DNA of 64,000 nucleotides from Tubulanus polymorphus (lineage: Eukaryota; Animalia; Nemertea). The notes under the pieces are model-generated. The model made no database searches. It was not told the DNA's origin and saw only the letters and a program-made list of their open reading frames with translations. The stretch covers positions 20,219,910 through 20,283,909 of the forward strand of contig NC_134031.1 of NCBI RefSeq assembly GCF_964204645.1, read 5' to 3'. Below, piece after piece: positions 36,994 through 49,000 of the stretch. Numbering within the stretch: the stretch's first letter is position 1; the number at the start of each line of letters is the position of its first letter. Both the position numbers and the translations under genes were made by a program.

Positions 36994-39900
36994 ATGAAAA
37001 TGGTCGAGTTATCGTGTATGGTATTTGTAAATGTAGCGACTATGGATGATCAGATGCCTCCTTTACAGGTAGGTTAGTGTCGTGTGTAGAAGGGGGTCTC
37101 CGTGTAACCCTGAGAATGGTCCCTTATTTAGGTATAGCGCGTTCACAGATCTGGGAATTCGGACTTTATTCTTGAAATCGGGGACAAGTGAGTATTTCGA
37201 TTTTTTGGCATCATGTCCTAGCTGGTGATGAGTGGCACAAGAATCTGTTTAAGAAACAGTCCCATAGATTATCTTATAATCTAATCAGGGAATTTTAGAT
37301 TCCCTGACTGTCGGGCTGAATGTTCCAGCAATCATTGTCAGTGTTTAGTTGATTAAGTGTAATCCTATTTTAATGCCTCTAATATATATTGTGCTTTTAG
37401 TTATCTATTGAAGTACATAATGGAAGAAGACACGCCGATGAAATCCATAAGAAAGTCTGTAAAGAAATCGGTAATTTACAAAATGCTTCATCAATTAGGC
37501 AGGCCTACTAACTGTCAATCTCAATATACCTCGATAGAATCGTTTTACATAACTTTTCTAAGACTTTTCCATAGCCAAAAACTTTGAATTTCCAGGACTA
37601 TCAATTAACCTGCTCACTGCCTATAGAGACTGAAATTTTGGTTGCTAATTTTGTCTATTGTTCACCATCACGACCAAAATTTCAGAAGGCCTAAGACCTG
37701 TATGCTGGTACTGCCTCGGTACTTATCGGAACACTGTTTGCTTTTATTGTAGCCAGTAGTCCCTTTCCAGGTGTATAGGCTTCATAAAATAAAACAAACT
37801 TAGTCATCAAATATCCTCTGGTACAGGGCATGCACAATGCCCAGGGAGTGAAAGGGATGTCGAGATGTGGGCGGTATATCGACTCGAGGGGTTGGCTGTA
37901 CTCATATTCGAATGCGTGCAGCCAGAGAGAAGTCTCGAATTGATTGCAACCAGTGATTTTTTCTTGAACAACAGGAATGTCTAAATGCAGCCGCAAGTAT
38001 TTTGCGTTGCATGAAGGAAAGCTGAATCCTAAACAGGCGTACAAACCGGACGACCTTGTAGCGTTTCCACAAAATAGTAAGTTCCCTCTCTTACTTGATA
38101 CCCGGTCAACTTGAAAAACCCCTCAAGCCCTCAATTATTGTGCATATCTTTCCATTGTGTTTCATATCTTGCTTCAGGTCTTTGTTTACAGAAGTGGTGC
38201 TTCGACGTCAAATCAGAAATCAATATTTTATTTGAAGACCCAGTGGCTTTACACTTACTCTACTGGCAAGCCAAATCCGACATTCAATCGGGTATGTTTT
38301 TTCAAAATGGTGAAACAATAATTATAAAGGTGCATTTGGTTTGAATATTATTGTGTATTTCTCAAGTGCTTTTCTTTCCATTACAGGAAAACTCAGTCCG
38401 ACATTTGCGGAATCACAACTGTTAGAAGGTATTGATTCGGAAAATATTCACCTCATATACCAAACATTTTGCTGTTCTTTAAGTTTTCCCCTTGAAATTT
38501 GATGCTCTACGCTGTTTGGAAAAGACAAGACCGATATAAAGCACAGTCGAACTTGCTTAAATACAGCTGTCAATCTGCTGTCTGTACCCAACCCTTCAGA
38601 CAAATTTGACTGAACTGCAGAGAACTGGTCTGTCAGTCTGAATACAGTTATATTGGCCTTACGCACTCAGTGGAAACTATGATGATAGGAAATACTAAAC
38701 TCCTGGGGCCGGTTGCTCAAAAGTTGGTTAGAGTTAACCAGTGGATAGTTGATATGGTGACAATTGAAATTTCATTGTTACTATGGTATTTAACGGCCGG
38801 TTATCTTTAACCAACTTTTGAGCAACTGGCCCCTGATATTCTAAGAATATGTGGGTAAATAATCTATACGTTAGGCTTTAGTTGTAGTAATTCATCGGCT
38901 TTTATTTCAGATTATGAGAATGAAGCAAATGAGGTTGAATACGTGCAACTGTGTCAAACATTAAAGGACTACACGTCTGCGATTGTGCGTAGATGTTCGC
39001 TGTTACAAGAATATTCAATCTCATTCTACGACGTACGTACATCATCATCGCAATCAGTTACTATTGACCTAATTACATATTCAAGATGTCCCAAAAATGG
39101 TATCGCAACTTTCGCGGTATATCTAAGACCAGTTAAATCTGAAAACTGGTGTTGAGTTCCTTCATGTTTTCAATACGTACATCTATTGAAATGATTTATG
39201 CGGTTTTAATGTGGGGACTCAAGACAGTTTTGAGTTAACTATCAAATGAATTATTCCAACCATGGTAAAAATGTAGTTTTAATAGTCACTGTCAATTACA
39301 AATAGTTCCCTGGTCTAGATTGCAAATAGACCCCTTTGAATTATCGCCATTAGAATTATTTTCATTCAGAACCACAGAATGTGCTAGCAAATCATAATTC
39401 TAAAAAAAGTTTTTGAAATTTACTTCAGGGGAACCTCGTTATAACATCCTCAGATATAAAAATTTATCACATATTAGAAACCTAGCATATCATTTTCTCC
39501 TTATATCCTGAAATAACTGATTTGTAGGGACCCTGGGCAATGCTGACTATAAATCTAGGCGATTAACTCGATTTCGATAAACAACTATTTCAGAAAGGGT
39601 CGATTATCGACTTGATGGTTCGAGACAGCGGATTGAAATTAACGCATATCGGCAGCAATAACAAAGATGGCGACAGTCGGAGCGAAAATGAGGAAAACTC
39701 AAATGATAATCGACACACACATTTCATACCGTGGTATTTAATTCGAAGTTGGTCGCACAATCGTGTGACATCATCGATGAAATATGAGGTACGCGTACAC
39801 GGTCAGGGCTTCCATTATCTGATAGTGAAAACGGACCAAGCAAAGTATCTTCTATCGTTGACAATGGAAATGATCAAAATACTGCAGGTATATCTTTTCT

Positions 39901-40118
39901 CATCGCTGCCACATTGTAATATAATGTAACGCAGGAATGAAATGCACGATGGCGGTAGTTTATCAACTGACTATTGATGTTTTCAGGGTCGCGCGGACAA
40001 TGCACCATCGTTTCACGCGTCGATGATTCGTAAAGACGACGACATCACTCACTGGGATAATATCATGTACGACCCGGAGAAAACTGATGAACCGTTTATT
40101 GAGAATAACAACACGTAG
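36994..40118 (+). CDS. SNX17/SNX27-type FERM-like domain protein without a visible PX domain (~316 aa). Exons 36994-37068, 37401-37470, 37975-38076, 38178-38291, 38387-38428, 38911-39032, 39594-39887, 39987-40118
   Basis: Eight exons join in frame (951 nt). F1/RA-like DEIHKKVCKEIGMSKCSRKYFAL; LCLQKWCFD...DPVALHLLYWQAKSDIQSG; F2 EYVQLCQTLKDY; F3 FIPWYLIRSWS...YLIVKTDQAKYLLSL. These parallel SNX27/SNX17 FERM-like motifs as I recall them. Confidence 0.8.
38707..38832. mobile_element. Palindromic MITE with CTG TSD (PIF/Harbinger-like); half copy at ~51075-51137
   Basis: ctg|gggccggttgctcaaaagttggttagagttaacc ... ggttatctttaaccaacttttgagcaactggccc|ctg. Confidence 0.75.
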
Positions 40119-40268
40119 TTACAACATTCCTCGCGAGGTCTGTCACGTAGTTACAACATTCCTCGCGAGGTCTGTCACGTAGTTACAACATTCCTCGCGA
40201 GGTCCGTCACGTAGTTACAACATTCCTCGCGAGGTCCTTCACGTAGTTACAACATTCCTCGCGAGGTC
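40112..40268. repeat. 32-bp minisatellite, ~4.9 copies, starting over the FERM gene stop codon
   Basis: cacgtagttacaacattcctcgcgaggtctgt at 40112, 40144, 40176, 40208, 40240. Confidence 0.95.
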
Positions 40269-43054
40269 AATGTGTTTTGAATTCTTGATTACAGTCGACC
40301 AGTATTGAGAGAAAACAGACTGTCATAATTTATAGGTAAAGTCCAATTCTGCGGATAGCTTATCTATTTTTACTGCAATACATCAATGTATGATCACACA
40401 TTCCATCTGTGCTGTCTTCAGTGATGAAAATTGCTGCTGTAACACTCCCATGGCCCCCTCCATTTGACTAGGAAAGTCAGAGTGAACTATCAAGAGTTAG
40501 TCGACTATTTCTGAACTAAGTAAAACCAAATGTCAGTCGGTACTATCAATAGTCAATCACACAGCAATTGAGCACAGTGGCTGTAGTTCGGACTTACTTC
40601 CAAGATGGCCGACACAGTGAAGTACATTTCCATCGAACTATAGTGCGTTCAGCTATTATCTCAGACCACTAGTCGACTAACTACAACACCAAAGTTCACC
40701 CAGGATAATCTGATTTTCCATTCATGTTGATATAACTTCAATGTTTCATTACGAGACATTTCACCTAAAAAAAAGGAATTTGTTTAAAAATGCTTCAATC
40801 TCCAAGGGCCCAGTTACCAATCAAAGCTGGTCTTAAAACTATATGATCAATTTTTGTCAGAGATGTTGAACGTTTGATATCTTTATAAGCAACTGCAATC
40901 TTCCTAAAACTCGTTCAGTGCTCAAGAGATTTAAGTGCTACTAAACTGCTGATATAATGCTCAACATGAATACAATCAATATACTTTCTGAAAATAGTTT
41001 TTAAATGCAAAATAAATTGCAGAGTTTTATAATTTTTAATTTTGTATGAAATGTTCATGTACCATATCTGAGATTTTTTTATCATATGATCATCTTTTTC
41101 GATGTATGAATGAATAAATGTAATTTCCTTATAATGATAAATATCATTGCATTTGTTTTGTAAATTTTAAATATTTTTAACGGAATAAATACTTCAGTTC
41201 TTATCTCATGTAAGTTGTATATACTTTCTTTTTTAGTTGTGCTACGCTGGAATATAATTCTTCCAGCAATTTCTTGAAAACTGAATACACAGCTATTGTT
41301 TCATCAATATCATGGGTTTTCAAGTACATATCCCTAGTCTTAACTGACTTCAACTTCGCTATATCTTCCTACCCGCCCGTGGGACAGAGAGATGGTTAAA
41401 TGTACAACATCGACTGAGACTTAATGAGATATTTCTTCTTTGTCAATCTTTTAATGAGGAACATGAAAGAGAAATGAACTGATGCATACCGGAGCAGACC
41501 CAGGAAGACTCGACAAACCACTTCACTGTTGACAGTATATTTCTAAGAGAAAGCTGTTCATTATATCAACAAGCTCAAACACCTCGGATAACTTTTAATT
41601 GGCTTCGCTTTTCCTAAATTCAAAAATCTGGAAGAGAAGTCCTGCCTTCATTCATGATTGAAGAAATTATTTTTCCTTTCATAAATTCACCTTGGATCTG
41701 CCCGATGGCATGCTAAAATACAAATATAATATGCGTAACTTGTAACATCTTTGGTAACAATGTTTTTTTATATAAGTTGAAAGTGATTTATGAGGAGCCC
41801 ATTCATTGAGGTACAGAAGACTAAGTTTGCCTCGGATATCGCGGGACTTATAAATTATTAAGGGGCCATTCTGAGCGACAATGGGTCGTCGTCGCATGAT
41901 TTGGCGAAGGAAAATTGAAAACAATGAGCCCAAGACGCGCGATATTTCGAATCTGCTGTACAATAATAGAATGTTACAATTTTCTTCCAATACATGGCAT
42001 GTGAAGGTTGTAGGCATAATACTAATTTAAATACAAATGAGGTCTTACAATTTGCGTAGATATACATAAATAACAATCATTTCATATACACACATACTAA
42101 ACACAAGAAGGCTTATTTTCTTACATAAGTTACATATCTACAGTAGACTTCGAACAACTTGACCTGGAGAGATAACTGTTCAACTGGAATATTTGTTGAA
42201 TTTTCCAGACTCAATGAAAAGCACACTGAAGTCATCAACTGTGGGTTTTGCTAATTAACACAGAATACTGAGATGTATATCAGTATTCTACCAGTCAGAC
42301 CCGACTTTATCTATTTGATCTACTGTGATACAATCTACTATGATACAATACATGTACAAATATTTACAAATCTTGGCTATATACATACCGGGTAATATAA
42401 TTAAAAAAAAACTCAGCTAATGCGAGACAATTGCAATACAATCGTTGATTTGGTCGATTTTTTTTTTGGTTTGTTTTTTTTAAATAAAATGCACTTTTTT
42501 AATAAGCACCAAACTAGCAGTGATTTTAATTGCCGACTATCGACAACACATGACTTAAGACAATTTCAGCCGATTTATCAGATATAGGAGGGAGACTCAA
42601 GTTTCCAGGATGCAGGTACCAACTGTGGCCTGTACCCACCCCCTAAAGACAATCAAAATTTCTGATACGTGGTGATGAAATGTCCCCATCTCCGGTATAA
42701 TGGAGCGAAAATTTTTATGCATTTTCAGACCAAAGTTCCTCGGGTCCGAACAGTAGACCCGGTGGCGCTAGACTGAGGGAGTGCATACGAAAGATCGGAG
42801 AGTTGGAGATCTGCATCCCTCGTAATCGGGTTAAGAATCCCCATGAGATAATCCCTGAATATCAGCGAATCAAAGAATCACTGTAATGGCGTTCTCAGAC
42901 ACTGAGAAGAAAATAGTATTTTTAAAACGATGAAAAAGACTGGCACGCCGAAATCGCTGGAATCTTTTTACCGAACATTCAATGGGAAGATCATTTGAAA
43001 TAACGGTATTCCACGAAAAGTCTCTCATCCACTACTACGGATGGGTCGAGATTT

Positions 43055-46000
43055 CTAGTAAGCTCCTGTTGTCGGCATGTTTTCCTTTTCGTCTTGACAT
43101 TTCTCCAGATTCTCCCGGGCTTTTTTCAATACAATTTCAGTCTTAAGCACTGCAGACATAAGAAAATAATGAATGAATGAATGAATGAATGAATGAATAC
43201 ATGAGTTAATACGTTTAAAATCCACTGCATACAAAATCTAAAATATTAAAAACAAATATTTTCATCTCTAGCAAGAGTGCGAAACGTTAATTCTTTGAGA
43301 AATAAGATTCGCTTTTACGGTAATCTGGTTTTATCTTATTATCTATTCTCCACGTCAGAGTTTAGCTACTTCACTACCGCATGAGTTATTTACTGAATTT
43401 CATTAACTTAGCTAACTGAACAATAAATACTACATGAAACTGCTTTCTGATGGTTGAACTAAAAACTACAATGGAACCAGATGTGCTCAAGCCCCAATAT
43501 ACTCCTAAAATCAAAATGTGCCGTATTTTCTCCTGAACCCCTGCCCTCCGCCCCTGTACAGACATCGCGTATACATTTCATCTTTTCAGTACGTGTAACA
43601 AAGGACATGTACTGAGTGTAACAACTTACATCTTTGAACGATCGCCTCTTCCATGTCTTCTTTCTTCTTGTTCGTCAGCAGTAATCGTTTGTGAGCGCCT
43701 TTCGTCACTTTCAGTAACGCTGAGTATTTACCAGTGACGTACTGTAGTCGCTCGCGTAATACACGGTTCTACAAAACAGAACAATTGATAACGTCTCTGT
43801 TAAACCGATGTGGCATGTGTTTTTCCCCTGTCAAGACAACGCATAAGACTCCTTTTAAAACCCTTTCAGTGTTGACTAATTCCAAAAGTGCCCAGTCTGT
43901 TGAATAACGGGCACACCGCTATAGAACATCTTCCCTGCAGCACCTTTCCCTTTCCCTTTGTTTCACAGGTGCCGCCATCTTTTGATAGAGACAAAAACTC
44001 ATTACTATTTACATCATCAATACACTGCTGTGTGGTGTACAAGAAAAGTCGCCTTCACCAATTTATACTGAAAAGGTGAACTCAAAGGCTTTCAAGTCGA
44101 ATAATCACCCCAACTCCGAATAGAATCAGTTTTTTATTTACCTCCTCAGTGAGCTCCACGTCGACGAATTCGCCGCGTTCGTTCTTACGAGGCAGCGTCG
44201 ACGTCCAGAACAACTGGATTAATTTCGATGACTGGCCGGCGCAGATGTTGGCGTGCTCCAATGAGGACGACAGCTCCTTCAGGTTGCTGTATTCAATACT
44301 CTGAAGAATGACAAAATTCAACAATCAATTGCGTACTTTTGACAATATGCTAGTTAGTAAGCGTTATAATTCATATTCCACAGTAGTTAGAATTTAACTG
44401 TAGGTTGCTTCATCAGGAAAATCTAACTAATGCAAACCATATAGATTTTATTTCAAACAGCAAATCTTGACAAAAATTAGAAAACCATAAAGGATCAATT
44501 TCAAACTGCTGAACTGGGTCCGAAAAGAGAAATCCCACATACAATTCTAATACTGGTAATATGCGTCAGCTAACAGCATCGCAACGCGAAAACTCATTCA
44601 CAGAACAAACTAAGCAATGGATAAATAGAAAGAAAATCGACAATCCGTCAAAATTAGAATTATTTAAATGATGGAAAAAATTAACAGAAATAAAAAATGA
44701 TACAAATCTGCGAATTAACAATGTATACGTTGCATTGAAATGTTTTTGGAAAAAAGACAAGAGACACAAACACAAAATCTAGTTAAAAAACAGGCTAAGA
44801 ATTATCTATACGATTCAAAATGAAAAAGGCTGCGATCAAAAATTCGAACCGCATCAGAATTCAAGCATAAATATAGATAGATGCATAATATACATATATA
44901 CAATACAACTTTATAAGGAGGGTATGAATTCTAAGGTTTAATTTGAAGGATGATACATGCGCATATGAAACACCATTATTACCTGAGTTTTCTGCGATCA
45001 CGCCAACAATACAACAAAAATTAGATTCAAATCATCGATTAATATCCAATGTTAAATAAAGTTATCTTATACAATGGCAATCATTATCAAGTTCGTAGTA
45101 ATATGTCTAAACAGTGGTTTATTCTTAATACTGTTAGAGTAGAACTTGCTGATCGCTGTTAGTCAGAATATCGGACTAGTCAGAAATTTCTAGGTCCGGA
45201 ATTTCCTAGTTCATTTTCTTATAAGAATTTCCCTCGATATCAGGGGTCGGTTGCATAGTCTCAGCTTAGACTTAAAACCAGTCTTAAAACCAGTCTTAGG
45301 CCAACTTAGTTCTATAGCCAATCTAACAACCTAAGACCGGACTTAAGTCACAACGGTGCAACCAGCCCCTAATTCTATAAATACTCGTCAGACAAATGCA
45401 ACGTGCCCAAAAGTCTAAAATCAGGTTTACAATGTACAAGTACAGTTTTAGTTTTTTTTCTTTTAACAAAATTCGCTGACTTTCTTCTGATTTGCAGGTA
45501 AGTGGCGCCACCTTGTTGTTTCTACTCACTTGTATTTGAGTGGAATTACGATACGCTCTTAGTCGTTCAATAATCCGAGCTTCAGTTCCTTTAAGTATAA
45601 CGCACAGTTCACCGACTTGTTTCTTCAGTAACTCGTAATCGTCTAGCTTACCAATCGCGTACAGGTATCGTAGATCGGCGCTTACTCTACACTTCGTCAT
45701 CGCGCCAACAACATCTACGAGAATAATAAACAAATTCATCTACTTTTCATTCAATTTCATACCAGTTATAGGATGTGATAAATTACCGGGATCCGGTGAT
45801 GGAATCGTCAAATCGTCTAAATGTAACGAGCGTGCCGGGTGATTCGGATGATAATTCTCCTTGTTCAGTTGATCGATTGTTAAAGCGTCTTCACCGTTAC
45901 CATCGGCTACAACGACAAAATATCAAATATTAACTACAGTTATCTCTATTTAAAACGAAGTAAGGTTGAGGTTCGATCATTTTCTTCGTTCAAGTGGATT

Positions 46001-49000
46001 TTCACTCGTCAGATTTCTCATGCCGGCGATATATGCATGGTCCAGGTGCTGGGCGTGGTTTTATAGACCGGTTTCAAACTTTAACCCAGAGGCTAACTCG
46101 GTAGGAAATGAATCGAGTTAGCCCCCGGGTTAAAGTTGATGTCCGTCTATAAAACTGGCTCCAAAGTTTTTAGTTTTTGGCATGCCTTTGAAATGACAAA
46201 TCAAGATGCTTCATTGTACAGTAAAACGATAGCTCAACGTGAAAGCAGCTATAATGTTAAGTTTGACTGAATTGCTCGGATAAGGTTCTAGCAATGCCTG
46301 TAAGGGAAGATGATAGGTTTGACTAAGGCAGGCTTCTGTACCGTGGCGGTCTAGTGATGTAATCAGATTTGAATCCCCGCGAGGGAGAGTGAAAGGTAAA
46401 CTAGGACAGGGGTTCGTAGTCTTACAAGGTCATCAGGTTCCAATCCCTGCTGAGGGAGGACGTGGATTTGTACTGCGGCACAGTCACGCGAGTTCACGTC
46501 AACAGAGTTGAGGCAAATGATAAGAGAATAACAACATGCGTACAAACATTCCATACACAAGCTTTACAAACAGCTAAGTAAAAAGTCTAGCATTTCATTT
46601 TCATAAACGCGACGAAAAATATCTTCCAACAAAAAATTCCAGTAGTTATCGCACCGGAAGAATTCTCGACATTAGAAACGAGCGCGATAAAAACTGAAGC
46701 GTTTGTGAGATAACATATAAATTACATGCGTAACGAACGAACGAATTGAAACATGACACGACATGCAAGCAATAAATACACTTGTGACGGCTAGAACTTG
46801 TACAGTAGGTAGTGGTTCCAACATGCAGATTATTCTAGCTTGAATTACCGAAATATCGCTGCTGTTGTTGCCGCGGGATACGAACGCTCAATTCTCGAGG
46901 TACGTCGACGTAATACGGCCACGCGTTTAATATAGATCGTGTGGTCGCCATCAACGATGTACGACACGCGAGGCAGCGGTCTGTCGATTGTTGCGTCTGT
47001 GTATACGAACGTTGCGTTATTTGATGGATATCTTTCCGGTCGCGCTGTTCGTCGAACCGTCGAATGCAGCTGCCGCATTTCCGTAAATCGCGGTCGAACG
47101 ACGGCAACGTTTTGACTCGATTCTCCGCGGCAAATTCACCGCGATCGTTCGCGGATCCTTCCGACTGACGATGATCACCGCAATCGTTCAGCGATCGTTC
47201 CGACTGACGATGATCACCGCGATCGTTCAGCGATCGTTCCGACTGACGATGATCACCGCGATCGTTCAGCGATCGTTCCGACTGACGATGATCACCGCGA
47301 TCGTTCAGCGATCGTTCCGACTGACAATGATCACCGCGATCGTTCAGCGATCGTTCCGACTGACGATGATCACCGCGATCGTTCAGCGATCGTTCCGACT
47401 GACGATGATCCGAGTCGAATCCGTTCGCCGTACAGATCACCGTATTGATCAACGTTTGCGTGTCGGTCGTCTCCGATGAGCGTACACTAGCGCCATCTGT
47501 ATCAACGTCTGCCTCGTCGCCGACCATCGGCTCGTAACTACTGCTGCTGTAGTAATGAATCTGTTGCTGTAAAACGATATCTTTTGTGTCTCTGTTTTTG
47601 GCCATTTGTCGCTGCAGACTATCTTTGCTTGTGATTGAATCCACCGGTAGAGTCCGACGCTCGGACGGTGATCCGGATGATTCATCCACATCCAGGTCAT
47701 CGTCGCAGGCGTCTGTGCTTCCGAAATTCATCGCCAAAACCACAAATTCATCACTAACCTGTTCAACAAGGTCATTAGACATTTTGCCACTTATTTCAGC
47801 ACCACCGTCTCCTATTTCATGGACAAGGTCATTGTCAAGGTCAATTCTCGCTGCTGTCTTATTGTCAAGGTCATTATCAAGGTCACTTGAATCAGCTCCG
47901 TCTGCCGTCTTATTGTCATGGTTGCTTGAATCGAGTCCATTAGTTGTTTTATCATCAAGGTCGCTCGGTCTACCGAAGAATCGTTCGATCTCTCCCTCCT
48001 CTTTAACGGTACTCGATTCGCTACTCGCTGAATTAATAATGATATCAGGAATCGGCGTCTGCTCGCGAGATCGACACGATATTGTCGAAATGCCATCGTC
48101 TGATCGGTTTGATATCTGACTATCGGCGCACGATTCGTGCGCAGACGACTGGTAGAAATTATCTACGATTCCGCAGAACGGTGACACGAGTCTTTGAGAG
48201 CGGCGTCGAGTCTCATCGGAGTCGGGCAGCGATCGTTGGTCGCAGGTGGTGCTACTATCCGAATCGTAATTCAAACCATCACCTCTTTCACGACGTTGAC
48301 TCGTAATACATTCCGACAGTTCGGCGAACAGACTTTTATTACCGCTGACGCTGTGTTTCGTGCTTTTAGTTTTATCGGCATCCTCCGTCTCTAAGCCGCG
48401 AATCCGCCCGATAGATTCTGATTCATGTGTCGCTGATTCCGATTCGCTGGTACGACACTCACTGGCGTCCTGAGACGACGATGACGCCGGTAAACTGGAA
48501 CCGGTCACGCAGCGATGTTCGATCGACGCGACCGATGAAGAACGCTCCTGGCTGTCGTTATTTCGTCTACCGCGAATATCTTCTTCGTTGTCGTCTGCGC
48601 GGTGAATTTCATCACGCGACCTTGACCCGGGGGCTACCAGAACGGCGCCCCGATCTAACAATACGCTTCCTGAATGTGAAATTGACTCGATCCGATCTAA
48701 ATGCTCGTCTATTATTTTGATTTGCTGGTCACCGAAATAATCGCCTTCCAACAAACCTCGACTTCTGTTCTCCTTTTGTCGTATAATATTTTCGACACCG
48801 CTTACAATTCCAGGTCGAACCTTGATCACATTATTCACCGAACCGTTCGACTGATATTTAATAACTTCATCAGTAATTCCACAGGATTGAGCAGAATTTC
48901 TAGTATTCTCATTCGATTCGTTCCCTTCTCGATTGCCCCGCCCATTTCCATCGATAATCGACGATTGACAGCTATCCGAATCGGAATATTCGATGAGCTT

